Made by a program: the position numbers and the translations under genes
Shown here: piece by piece, positions 29,575 to 38,957 of the stretch
How positions within the stretch are numbered: the first letter of the stretch is position 1
Layout: the number at the start of each line of letters is the position of its first letter
Notes under the pieces: generated by a model
The model's input: the letters and a program-made list of their open reading frames with translations, nothing else
What the model was told of the DNA's origin: nothing
Databases searched by the model: none
From: Armatimonadota bacterium
GTDB lineage: Bacteria > Armatimonadota > Fimbriimonadia > Fimbriimonadales > GBS-DC
DNA: 64,000 nt
Reading direction: 5' to 3'
Assembly (NCBI GenBank): GCA_037444405.1
Contig: JBBIML010000012.1
Location: forward strand, 64,001 to 128,000

Positions 29575-30388
29575 ACACCACACGCAGGGTGTCGGCGATA
29601 TGGCGCAGCCCCAGTTCGGGGAAGGCGCGATAGCCGCTCACCTCCGCCGTGATATAGCCGGTGTAGCCTACCGATTCGAGCGCGGCGCGCACCTCCAGCC
29701 ACGGCACATCGCCCTGCAACGGGTTCGTGAAGCCCTGAATGTTGCCGATGTCGGTACGGAAATCTTTCACATGCACGCGCCGGATGCGCCGACCCAGAAT
29801 GTGGATCCACTGCTGCGGGTAGCCGAACGCCAGCACATTGCCCGCGTCGAAGTAGGCGCCGACCCATTCGCTGCCGATTTCGTCGATGAAGCATGCCATC
29901 TCCAGCGGGCTGAGCAGGAAACGGTTCCACACATTCTCGACGGCGATTGCCACGCGCCGTCGCTCGGCTTCAGGCGCAAGCGTTTTGAGCGCCTCCTGCG
30001 CGCGGCTGTAGGCGGCATCGTAGGGCACATCGGGTGTCACGACGCCCGGCACCACCAGAATCGCGTCCACGCCGAGCGCGCTCGCCAGCCGCAACTGCTG
30101 ACGGCACAGCTCGATCGCCTGCTCGCGGATGCTGGCGTCGGGATGGGTGAAGGGCGTGCTCCAGTAGACGCCCGTTGAGAGCGAACTCAGTTCGATGCCG
30201 ATCTCATCTGCCATCTGGCGGATGGCGCGGGCGTCGGCGTCGCTCGTCTGCGGATTAAGGGCGCCCTGCGGCTCCATGTTGAACTCAATCGCGTCGAAGC
30301 CCGATTCTTTCGCTGCCCGCAGGCAGGTGCGCACATCCCAGCTGGCAGGCAGTGTCCACCGATTGATGCCGATTTTGAAGCTTGCCAT
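29567..30388 (-). CDS. Sugar phosphate isomerase/epimerase (xylose isomerase-like TIM barrel)
   Basis: GFDAIE, VENVWNRFLLSP, YFDAGN, VHVKDF. Confidence 0.88.
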   Translation of the reverse strand: MASFKIGINRWTLPASWDVRTCLRAAKESGFDAIEFNMEPQGALNPQTSDADARAIRQMADEIGIELSSLSTGVYWSTPFTHPDASIREQAIELCRQQLRLASALGVDAILVVPGVVTPDVPYDAAYSRAQEALKTLAPEAERRRVAIAVENVWNRFLLSPLEMACFIDEIGSEWVGAYFDAGNVLAFGYPQQWIHILGRRIRRVHVKDFRTDIGNIQGFTNPLQGDVPWLEVRAALESVGYTGYITAEVSGYRAFPELGLRHIADTLRVVFR

Positions 30389-30404
30389 GCTGCTTAGTTT
30401 ACTC

Positions 30405-30432
30405 AAAAAAATAGGGCTCGCTCGGCGAGCCC
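30405..30432 (-). terminator. Intrinsic terminator on the minus strand
   Basis: GGGCTCGC-CGA-GCGAGCCC followed by TATTTTTTT on the minus strand. Confidence 0.8.
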
Positions 30433-30521
30433 CTGGCAGAGATGCTCTCTGGTTGAGAGCAGGACGACCCTTGCACCTCTCTTAGACGACGCATCTCCGC
30501 CAGTGTTCTGCTTGTTTGGCT

Positions 30522-30869
30522 TTACATGCCAACATCGCCCGCGCCGCGTCCGCGCAGCCCGCGCCCTGTGCTGAGGTCCTCCTCTTCACCGGAGCCGCCG
30601 CGTCCGGGTGCGCTGGGCGGCGCTGCGGCAGGCGCAGCTGGTCCGAAACCGCCCATGCCGGGTCCACCGCCCATCGTGCCACCCATCTGGGGCGCAGCAG
30701 CTGCTGCCAGCGGGTTCTCGATGCTGCTGCGCACGCTCGCCAGATCGGGCTTCTGCACCGCAGGCAACGGGTCGGGCATCATGTTGTTGCTCAGGAGAAA
30801 CAGCACGATCAGCACCACGACGCCCAGCGCTATCACGCCAATCGCCACCGCATCCACACCTTTTTGCAT
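30522..30869 (-). CDS. Small membrane-anchored hypothetical protein
   Basis: GGAGGAG RBS, N-terminal TM helix, Gly/Pro/Ala-rich tail; upstream TATAAT. Confidence 0.7.
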   Translation of the reverse strand: MQKGVDAVAIGVIALGVVVLIVLFLLSNNMMPDPLPAVQKPDLASVRSSIENPLAAAAAPQMGGTMGGGPGMGGFGPAAPAAAPPSAPGRGGSGEEEDLSTGRGLRGRGAGDVGM

Positions 30870-30950
30870 CGTTCTCACTCCTCCAGAGGTCGATTATAGC
30901 ACATCGATTCGCGTCCCTAAACGCCCCTCCTGCCGAGGCTGTTCGAAAAA

Positions 30951-31580
30951 TCACCCGCCGAGCATCTCCTCAATAATGGCGTTGATCTCGCCCTGCAGGC
31001 GGTCGATCCAGTCGTTCACATCGTCCACCGCGCGCGCAATCGAGAGCATCGTCTGCTGGGAACCTGCGTTGAACTGGATGTAGAAGTAGGCGGGGTCGTT
31101 GAAGAGCGGCTCGATGCGCAGATCGCACACATAGGGCGACTGCTCGAAGGTGATGCGCAGTCCCAGCCCGCGCAGACCCGGAAAATACTGGCGCATGGTG
31201 ATGGGCGGCAGCGGCGTGAAGGCGTCGACGGTGCGCTCGAACGCCGAGCCGTTCGCATCCTTGTGTCCAATCACCTGCAGGATGAGCGGGAAGCGGTCAT
31301 CGAGCAGCAGCCCATCGCGAATTCGGGCGAGCAGGTCTTCCACGCGCGCGGGCGAGAAGTGAACCTCACCTTCGGCGGTGTACTGCAGCTGGGCGTCGGT
31401 CAGAAAGAGCGCCTCGCGCGTGGCATGGTTCACCACGGCGAACGCGCCCTGAAACGGCACCGGCTGGGGCACGAACGCGCCCTCCAGCGCCTCCAGAACC
31501 CGCTGGCGCCGCGCATCGGTCAGCACCCCGACGGGCGCATTCAAAGTAATCTGCACCTGACGCAGTTCGATCGGTGTCAT
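30951..31580 (-). CDS. Hypothetical protein, translationally coupled to RNase E/G
   Basis: ATG immediately follows the rne stop; host-like codon usage. Confidence 0.75.
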   Translation of the reverse strand: MTPIELRQVQITLNAPVGVLTDARRQRVLEALEGAFVPQPVPFQGAFAVVNHATREALFLTDAQLQYTAEGEVHFSPARVEDLLARIRDGLLLDDRFPLILQVIGHKDANGSAFERTVDAFTPLPPITMRQYFPGLRGLGLRITFEQSPYVCDLRIEPLFNDPAYFYIQFNAGSQQTMLSIARAVDDVNDWIDRLQGEINAIIEEMLGG

Positions 31581-33320
31581 TCACACAACCTCCGCTTTGG
31601 TGATGGGGGTGGTGGTCAGCACAGGCTCGGCGAAGGCGAAGGAGCGTCGCACCTCGCTGAGCTTAACCTTGTTGGTCGGCTGAGTGGGCGGTTCCGATTC
31701 CCACAGCAGCAGGTAGCCGTCCGCCGTCCACGCGACCTTTTGCTCCTCGTCCAGCGCGGAGCGCCTCAGCTGGCATTCGACCACCTGCAGGGGTCGATAG
31801 GGCAGCTGCTGACGCTTCAGCCCGTCGAGCGTGCCCGCCTGAATCCGATACTCTTCGATGGGCATTTCGGGTCGGGCGCGGGCGAACAGGGCGCACTCCA
31901 GCGCGTGTTCGAGCAGTTCGATGTTCACGCCGTCCTCGCCCACCAGATGCTCAATCGCGTCGGGGTGCGCCTCGATCAGGTAGGCTTCGGCATGCTCTTT
32001 ATGGGCGCGGGCGCTCAGCTCGCGCTCGATCCAGAGGCTCACCGTCTCGGGCGAGGGAATGCGTCCGCGCCCGTGGCAGATGGGGCACGGAGCCGATAGC
32101 CCCTCCGTCACCGATTCGCCCGTGCGCTTGCGCGTCAGCTCGACCAGCCCCAGCGAGCTGATGCGCCCGATACGGAACCGCGCACGGTCACGCTTCAGCA
32201 CGCGCTGCAACGCCTGCATCACCTGCCGATGGTCGCTCCGACGCGCCATATCGATAAAGTCAATCACAATAATGCCACCAATATCGCGCAGGCGCAACTG
32301 GCGCCCAATCTCCTCCACCGCCTCCAGATTGGTCTTGAGGATGGTGTCCGCCAGCGAGGTTTTGCCCGTGAACTTGCCCGTGTTCACATCGATGGCGGTG
32401 AAGGCTTCCGTTTCGTCGATGGTGATATAACCGCCCGATTTGAGCCACACCTTGCGCCGCAGCAGGCGCTCCATCTCCTTCTCCACATTGAAGTATTCAA
32501 ACAGCGGGGTCGGCTTATCATAGAGCATCACGCGCGAGCGCAGGCTGGGCGCAATCATGCGCAGCACCTCATGCACATTTTCGTACTCTTCGGGGTCATC
32601 GATCCAGAGTCGGGCGACCTCGGAGGAGAAGATGTCGCGCAGCACGCGATAGAGCAGGCTGGCGTCGCGATGCACCAGCGCAGGCGGGTCCACCTCCTGC
32701 GCCCGCTGGCGAATCGTCTCCCATAGCTCGGTGAGGTAGTCGATATCCTGCTTGATTTCCTTCTCGGTTTTGCCTTCGGCTTCGGTGCGCAGGATCAGCC
32801 CGAAGCCGGGCGGGTGCAGTTTCTGTCCGATCTGGCGCAGGCGTTCGCGCTCGGCGCGGTCTTCGATTTTGCGGGAGACGCCCAGATGGCTGCCGTCGGG
32901 CATCAGCACCACATAGCGTCCGGGCAGGGTGAGTCGGGTGGTGACGCGCGCGCCTTTGGTGCCGCGCGGCGCCTTGATGACCTGCACCAGGATTTCCTGC
33001 CCGATTTTGAGCAGCTCGCTGATGTTGCGCTTGCGCAGCTCCGCGCGTTTGAGCGAGGCGGGCGCCTCCTCACCTCCGGTCGCTTCGGGAAGGATGTCGC
33101 CCACATACAGAAAGGCGTTGCGTTCCAGCCCGATATTGACGAAGGCGGCGTCCATGCCGGGCAACACATTCTGCACGACGCCCTTGTAGATATTGCCCAC
33201 CACGCGCTCGCCCCGCTCGAAGCGCACCTCCATCAGCTGCCCGTTCTCCAGCACAGCGATGCGCGTCTCGCGCGGTGAGACATTGACCAGAATCTCCCGT
33301 ATGATGTTCTCGCTTGCGAT
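31581..33320 (-). CDS. rng: Ribonuclease E/G family protein (probable non-canonical start)
   Basis: REILVNVSPRETRIAV, GNIYKG..PGMDAAFV, KGARVT, IDVNTG, LRDIGGIIVIDFIDM, CPICHGRG; start placed at ATC 33320 (see findings). Confidence 0.93.
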   Translation of the reverse strand: MASENIIREILVNVSPRETRIAVLENGQLMEVRFERGERVVGNIYKGVVQNVLPGMDAAFVNIGLERNAFLYVGDILPEATGGEEAPASLKRAELRKRNISELLKIGQEILVQVIKAPRGTKGARVTTRLTLPGRYVVLMPDGSHLGVSRKIEDRAERERLRQIGQKLHPPGFGLILRTEAEGKTEKEIKQDIDYLTELWETIRQRAQEVDPPALVHRDASLLYRVLRDIFSSEVARLWIDDPEEYENVHEVLRMIAPSLRSRVMLYDKPTPLFEYFNVEKEMERLLRRKVWLKSGGYITIDETEAFTAIDVNTGKFTGKTSLADTILKTNLEAVEEIGRQLRLRDIGGIIVIDFIDMARRSDHRQVMQALQRVLKRDRARFRIGRISSLGLVELTRKRTGESVTEGLSAPCPICHGRGRIPSPETVSLWIERELSARAHKEHAEAYLIEAHPDAIEHLVGEDGVNIELLEHALECALFARARPEMPIEEYRIQAGTLDGLKRQQLPYRPLQVVECQLRRSALDEEQKVAWTADGYLLLWESEPPTQPTNKVKLSEVRRSFAFAEPVLTTTPITKAEVV

Positions 33321-33375
33321 GGCTGTCGCCCTCCGCTGGAGATTGTACCCGATATGCCATAATAGGTGTGTGGGT

Positions 33376-34254
33376 GTGATTCGCAAAGCGATTGTGCCGA
33401 TGGCGGGGCTGGGCACGCGCCTCTACCCTGTCAGCATCGTGTTGCCAAAGGGGTTGATGCCCTTCGTGCTGCGCGACGGGCGCATCACCACAGGACTGCA
33501 GCTGATTGCGACCGCGCTTATTGAAGCGGGCGTGGAACAGATTGGCGTGGTGGTCTCGCCCGATCAGGAGCCAGTCTATCGTCGCTTTCTGGAGGGCGAT
33601 ACGGCGCACTATGGCGATGTGATGGCTCGCAAGCCCGATTTGCAAGCCGCCTTGGAAGAGTTGCGACGCCTGCAGCGATGCATCACGCTGATTGTTCAGT
33701 CGGAGCCGTACGGGTTCGGGCACGCCGTCTGGTGCGCGCACGAGTTCGCGCAGGATGAGCCTGTGCTGGTGATGCTGGGCGACCATATCCCGTTGCGCAC
33801 GGGGGCACGCTCGCCGATTGAGCAGGCGCTGTCGCTGTTCGAGTCGCTGCGGGCGCCGCTCTATGCGGTCTATCGCGTGCCGTTGCAGGTGGTGGAGCGG
33901 TACGGCATTTTGCGGGGTGAGCCGACGGGGCAGCCGCGCCTCTATCGGCTCCAGCAGGTGGTGGAAAAACCCACGCGCGAGTATGCCCAGCAGTCGCTGC
34001 GCACGCCCGACCTGCCCGAAGGGCAGTTCTTCACCCATTTCGGCATCTACTGTTTCCCCACCGAACTCTGGCAGGTGCAGGCGGAGATTGCCGACGAGTA
34101 CCGTCCTGGCAGGGGCGAATGGTATCTGGTGGATGCCCAGCAGCGCCTGCTCGCGTTCATGCCCGCCTATCTGCTGGAGGTGGAGGGGCAGATGCTCGAC
34201 TTCGGCACGCCCAACGAGTACGCCCACGCCTTCCGCACCCTGCTCGAAACATAA
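33376..34254 (+). CDS. Sugar-phosphate nucleotidyltransferase (GalU-like)
   Basis: IRKAIVPMAGLGTRLYP..PK, QSEPYGFGHAV, MLGD, VEKP. Confidence 0.88.
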   Translation: MIRKAIVPMAGLGTRLYPVSIVLPKGLMPFVLRDGRITTGLQLIATALIEAGVEQIGVVVSPDQEPVYRRFLEGDTAHYGDVMARKPDLQAALEELRRLQRCITLIVQSEPYGFGHAVWCAHEFAQDEPVLVMLGDHIPLRTGARSPIEQALSLFESLRAPLYAVYRVPLQVVERYGILRGEPTGQPRLYRLQQVVEKPTREYAQQSLRTPDLPEGQFFTHFGIYCFPTELWQVQAEIADEYRPGRGEWYLVDAQQRLLAFMPAYLLEVEGQMLDFGTPNEYAHAFRTLLET

Positions 34255-34326
34255 AACATAAAAGTTTCTGTGCCCGATTCTACCCCACGCCCTGCTGACG
34301 GGTACAATCGCTCCAGGAGGTGCGGC

Positions 34327-34638
34327 ATGCGACTCTATTACATCACGCTGAACACAGCCGAGGAGGCGGAGCGAATCGGGCGCGCGCTGCTGGAACAGCG
34401 GCTGGCAGTGTGCGTCAACTGGTTCCCCATCACCTGTGCCTACCGCTGGGAGGGCAGGATTGTGCAGGAGCCAGAGGTGGTGCTGATTGTCAAAACGCGT
34501 GAGGGCTACTTTGACGCCATCCAGCGCGTGCTGCAGGAGCATCTCACCTACACCAACTTCGTCGCCGAGCTGTCGCCTGTTCAGGTTAACACGCCCTTCC
34601 TCAACTGGCTCCACGCCGAAGTGCCACCTACACCGTAA
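34327..34638 (+). CDS. cutA: Divalent cation tolerance protein CutA
   Basis: EAERIGRALLEQRLAVCVN, YRWEG, VKT; AGGAGG RBS. Confidence 0.9.
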   Translation: MRLYYITLNTAEEAERIGRALLEQRLAVCVNWFPITCAYRWEGRIVQEPEVVLIVKTREGYFDAIQRVLQEHLTYTNFVAELSPVQVNTPFLNWLHAEVPPTP

Positions 34639-34675
34639 GGGAGGCACCGTGCCGATTTTGTTCAGACCCGCGGAT

Positions 34676-34693
34676 GGGCGCGGTACCGCGCCC
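34676..34693. repeat. REP-like perfect palindrome upstream of the RM gene
   Basis: GGGCGCGG-TA-CCGCGCCC. Confidence 0.55.
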
Positions 34694-34748
34694 CTGCTTC
34701 ACATCCGACCTGGATGCTATCTGGTTTTGTAAAGGTATGCTATAGCGG

Positions 34749-37580
34749 ATGGTGGCGCGGCAGGAGGTGTTGAACACAGAGCTGGCGCGCTTGTTGAGCC
34801 AGCAGGGGCTGGTGGCGTTGCCAGAACGACGGCTTCAAGGAGGCGCTCTGCCTGACCTGCTGATGTCTTTTCGCGGGCTGCTGTTGATGATAGAAGGTGA
34901 AGTGGACGATCAGCCTCAAGCGGCGCATCGGGCGTGGCAGAAAGCCGTCGAGCGGGTACGGCAGGGGCTGGCACATCTCGCCCTCGCGCTGGTTTATCCT
35001 GCCCACCTGCGCACGCTGACGCCTGACCAGCTTGAAGACGCCCTGCGTCAGGTGAATCTCCGCTTTAGCCTCTGCACGCCGTCCATCCCCAAGGTACCTG
35101 AATGGCGCACGGGCAACCTGAGTGCCCTCGCCGCCACCCTGCAACAAGCCTATCAGGCGATGGCTTCAGAAGACGAGGTACGCCATGCCGTTGACCAGCT
35201 CAAGCAGGGCATCAGCGCGCTGGCGCAAACCCTGCTGTCCCTGCGTGTGCCCGACGCCCGACTTGCCGAGCCGCTGGGGATTGACGCCCGCGCCATAGAC
35301 CCCAATCAGGTGGAGCAGACAACCGCCGTGCGCCAGATTGCCGCGCTGGTACTGCTGAACGCGATGCTGTTCCACGAGGAGCTGACCCGTGTAGAGCCAC
35401 GCGTGCGCACCCTGCAGCAGTGCGGTGAGGCAGGCTCCATGCACGACGCCCTGCTTGAAGAGTGGGGCAAAATTCTCGCTGAAATAGACTACCACGCCGT
35501 GTTCCACCTGGCGCGTGCCATTCTGATAGCGCTTCCCGCCGATTCGATGCTGGATAAAGCGCTCCAGCAATCCGTTCCGATTGTGCGAGACCTCACGCGC
35601 CAGCGCGTGATGCTCCGCCACGACCTGGCAGGACGCATCTATCACCTGTTGCTGGGCGATATTGCCAAGCCGCTGGGCACCTACTATACCTCGGTGGCGT
35701 CGGCGACCCTATTGTTGCGCCTTGCGCTCCAGCCCGAACGCTGGCAGATAGACTGGGGCAACCCCGACGCGGTTGGAGCGTTCCGACTGGCAGACCTGGC
35801 GTGCGGCACAGGCACGCTGCTGATGGCGGCAGTGCAGGCAGTTGTGGACAACTACCTGCGGGCGTCGCCCGCGCCCAGCGCGGACGAGCGCACACGCCTG
35901 CTGAAGGCGCTGCTGGAGGAGGGCGTCTACGGGCTGGATGTGCTTCAGTCGGCAGTTCATCTTACGGCGGCGACGCTGGCGTTGCCCATCCCTGAAGTGA
36001 TGGCGCGCGGCATGCGCCTCTACACGATGCCAATGGGGTTTGACCCCCATACGCAGGCGCCCCGATTCGGCAGTGTGGACTTGCTGAGCGGCGCGCCCGT
36101 CGCGCCCCAGCTCTCGCTCTACCCCGAATATGGGCACGAGGCAGAACGCGCCACCGATGCCCAGCGCGCTCCCGAAACGCTCAAACTGCCGCCGCTGGAC
36201 CTCGTGTGCATGAATCCCCCCTTCACACGCACCTGCGGGGATAACCTGCTGTTTGGCTCCATGCCCAAAGCGGAGCGCGAGCGCCTGCAGAAAGCGTTTC
36301 AGAAGTGGCTCCAGCAGAACAGTGTGCAGGCGTCTATCACGGCGGGGCTGGGCGCAATCTTTATTGCCGTTGCTGACCGCCACCTGAAGCCCGACGGGAG
36401 GCTCGCCTTCGTGTTGCCCAAAGCGCTGTTGTCGGGTGTGGAGTGGCAACCCTCACGCGAACTGCTGACGAAGCACTACACGCTGGAATATCTGATTGTG
36501 AGCCACGACCCCGAACGCTGGAACTTCAGCGAGAACACCGACCTCAGCGAAACGCTGTTTATTGCCCGCAAAACTTCAGAGAAGTCGGGCACACTCTGCC
36601 TCAACCTGTGGCGCAACCCCGACAACCCCATCGACGCGCTGCTGCTCGCTGAAGCCATGCGCAAACTCAAGCCGCAGGGCGCGCAGCGAGCCGTTTTTGA
36701 CCTCTGGCTGGGCGACTCCAAGTGGGGCGAGGCGCTCTACCTGCCCGCAAGCACGCTGGAGCAGCTCCCCCACTGGCTGATACCCTGCGCCTACGCCCAG
36801 AGCGACCTGACCGAAGCGCTGATTGCCCTGCTCACCGAACATCGCTACGGCACAGCCAAACTGCCCCTCGCACCCCTGCGTGCACTGGGCGAGCTGGGAC
36901 CAAGCCGTAACGACCTGTGGGACGCTTTTGACCCTGTAGACAATCCCCCTGGCTTTCCTGCCTACTGGGGGCGCGACTCCAGACAGGTGCAAACGATGAG
37001 TCTGATGCCCAACCGCTATCTTGTTAAGATTCGGGAGCCGCGCCGATCAGGGCGCCTTTTGCGCGACGCCGACTCGCTGATTGCACGCGCCAGCCGACTG
37101 CTGATTGCGGAGCGAGTTCGGCTGAACACTCTGCGCACTGTGGCGGTGCTTCTGCCGAAACCTGTTCTTTCTAATGTGTGGCTTCCCCTGAAACTGAAAG
37201 ATGGACAGGACGAAAATGCGCTCAAGGCGCTCTGCCTGTGGTGGAACAGCTCGCTGCACTTGCTGTTGCTGCTGCCCTATCGGGTTGAGACAGAAGGCGC
37301 ATGGGTCGCGTTTTTGCGTCGCGCTATAGTAAACTGCCCTGTGTTAGATCTTTCTGCCCTCACGAAATCTCAAACATGTCAGCTGGCGCAGGCGTTTGAT
37401 GCGCTATGCAACCAGCCCCTACAGCCCCTGCCGCAGATGTCGAGCGATCCTGTGCGAGCACAAATTGATGAGGCGATTGCGAACGCGCTGGGTTTGCCCG
37501 ATTTATCGCCGCTGCGGGCACAGCTGGCGCGTGAGCCTGTGATCTGCTTGCAACCCCTGCGTCAGCAACGAGCGCGTTAA
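34749..37580 (+). CDS. Single-chain restriction-modification enzyme (Type IIG/IIL-like: nuclease + amino-methyltransferase + TRD)
   Basis: N-terminal PD-x10-IEGE; GTYYT; motif I DLACGTGTLL; motif IV MNPPF; C-terminal TRD-like region. Confidence 0.88.
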   Translation: MVARQEVLNTELARLLSQQGLVALPERRLQGGALPDLLMSFRGLLLMIEGEVDDQPQAAHRAWQKAVERVRQGLAHLALALVYPAHLRTLTPDQLEDALRQVNLRFSLCTPSIPKVPEWRTGNLSALAATLQQAYQAMASEDEVRHAVDQLKQGISALAQTLLSLRVPDARLAEPLGIDARAIDPNQVEQTTAVRQIAALVLLNAMLFHEELTRVEPRVRTLQQCGEAGSMHDALLEEWGKILAEIDYHAVFHLARAILIALPADSMLDKALQQSVPIVRDLTRQRVMLRHDLAGRIYHLLLGDIAKPLGTYYTSVASATLLLRLALQPERWQIDWGNPDAVGAFRLADLACGTGTLLMAAVQAVVDNYLRASPAPSADERTRLLKALLEEGVYGLDVLQSAVHLTAATLALPIPEVMARGMRLYTMPMGFDPHTQAPRFGSVDLLSGAPVAPQLSLYPEYGHEAERATDAQRAPETLKLPPLDLVCMNPPFTRTCGDNLLFGSMPKAERERLQKAFQKWLQQNSVQASITAGLGAIFIAVADRHLKPDGRLAFVLPKALLSGVEWQPSRELLTKHYTLEYLIVSHDPERWNFSENTDLSETLFIARKTSEKSGTLCLNLWRNPDNPIDALLLAEAMRKLKPQGAQRAVFDLWLGDSKWGEALYLPASTLEQLPHWLIPCAYAQSDLTEALIALLTEHRYGTAKLPLAPLRALGELGPSRNDLWDAFDPVDNPPGFPAYWGRDSRQVQTMSLMPNRYLVKIREPRRSGRLLRDADSLIARASRLLIAERVRLNTLRTVAVLLPKPVLSNVWLPLKLKDGQDENALKALCLWWNSSLHLLLLLPYRVETEGAWVAFLRRAIVNCPVLDLSALTKSQTCQLAQAFDALCNQPLQPLPQMSSDPVRAQIDEAIANALGLPDLSPLRAQLAREPVICLQPLRQQRAR

Positions 37581-37676
37581 ATGCAAGAAACAAGTTTCTC
37601 CCATGAGGCGCGTTCGGCGCGAAGATCGGCATCCACTTCTTCGCGCGTGGGCGAGGGTTGGGTACAATAGACATGG

Positions 37677-38948
37677 ATGAAAGCGACGCAATCGGTGCCG
37701 ACGGCAGGCAAGGCGTCCACCGAGCGCGATCCCGAAGTGTTCGCCACCGTTGAGGAAGCCATCGAGATTATCCGCAACGGCGGCATGCTCATCGTGGTGG
37801 ACGACGAGGATCGCGAAAACGAGGGCGATTTTGTGATGGCGGCGGAGAAGGTGACGCCCGAAGCGGTGAACTTTATGCTGCTGCACGGGCGCGGGCTGCT
37901 CTGCCTGCCCACCGATGGCGCACGGCTGGACGAACTCAACATCCCGATGATGACGCAGGTGAATGCACCCTTCGGCACCCCGATGGCGGAAGCCATCGAC
38001 GCCCGCACAGGCATCAGCACGGGCATCTCCGCGTTTGACCGCGCCCGCACCATCCGACTGTTTGTGGACCCTGCCGCCAAGCCCAGCGACTTCGTGCGAC
38101 CCGGGCATGTGTTCCCGCTGCGGGCGGCGCCGGGCGGCGTGCTGAAGCGAGCCGGGCACACCGAAGCCGCCGTCGACCTCGCCCGACTCGCAGGGCTGTT
38201 CCCTGCAGGCGTTATCTGCGAGATTCTGAACGAAGACGGCTCGATGGCGCGCATGCCCCAGCTGATTCAAATCGCCCGCCAGCACGGCTTGAAAATCCTT
38301 ACGATTGCTGACCTGATCGCCTATCGACGGCGCCACGAGAAGCTCATTCGCAAAGTTGCGCCGCCCATCCATCTGCCCACCCGCTACGGCACTTTTAACC
38401 TGCACGCCTACGAGAGCGAGGTGGATCCGAACCCCTATCTCGCGCTGGTGATGGGCACGGTGGACGACGGCGAACCCGTGCTGGTGCGCGTGCATTCCAG
38501 CTGCGTCACGGGCGACCTGCTCGGCTCCCTGCGCTGCGATTGCGGCTCCCAGCTTCAGCTCGCCCTGCAAAAAATCGGTGAGGAGAAGCGCGGCGTGCTG
38601 GTCTATATCCCGCAGGAGGGACGCGGGATCGGACTGCTCAACAAGCTGCGGGCGTACCATCTGCAGGATCAGGGGCTGGATACGGTGGAGGCGAACCGCG
38701 CGCTCGGCTTCAAGCCCGACCTGCGCGACTACGGCATCGGCGCCCAGATCCTGGTCGACCTCGGCGTGCGCAAACTGCGCCTGATGACGAACAACCCCAC
38801 CAAAATCGCCGGGCTGGAAGGCTACGGGCTGGAAGTGGTCGAGCATGTGCCCCTGATTGCCCCGCCCACCGAATACAACCGCCACTACCTGCGCGCCAAA
38901 GCCGAAAAACTGGGGCACCTGCTGGAACTCGAAACCGAAGCCGATTAG
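37677..38948 (+). CDS. ribBA: Bifunctional DHBP synthase / GTP cyclohydrolase II
   Basis: DDEDRENEGD, RPGHVFPL, RAGHTEA, RVHSSC..GSLRCDCG, QEGRGIGL, MTNNP. Confidence 0.98.
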   Translation: MKATQSVPTAGKASTERDPEVFATVEEAIEIIRNGGMLIVVDDEDRENEGDFVMAAEKVTPEAVNFMLLHGRGLLCLPTDGARLDELNIPMMTQVNAPFGTPMAEAIDARTGISTGISAFDRARTIRLFVDPAAKPSDFVRPGHVFPLRAAPGGVLKRAGHTEAAVDLARLAGLFPAGVICEILNEDGSMARMPQLIQIARQHGLKILTIADLIAYRRRHEKLIRKVAPPIHLPTRYGTFNLHAYESEVDPNPYLALVMGTVDDGEPVLVRVHSSCVTGDLLGSLRCDCGSQLQLALQKIGEEKRGVLVYIPQEGRGIGLLNKLRAYHLQDQGLDTVEANRALGFKPDLRDYGIGAQILVDLGVRKLRLMTNNPTKIAGLEGYGLEVVEHVPLIAPPTEYNRHYLRAKAEKLGHLLELETEAD

Positions 38949-38957
38949 CCGCCCTGC

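Noticed and set aside
33321..33416. ORF-track GTG start for RNase E/G at 33416
   Set aside because: Lies inside the divergent nucleotidyltransferase gene and upstream of the apparent -10 element
34749..37580. Diversity-generating retroelement or invertible TRD shufflon
   Set aside because: No reverse transcriptase, recombinase, template repeat or flanking inverted repeats seen
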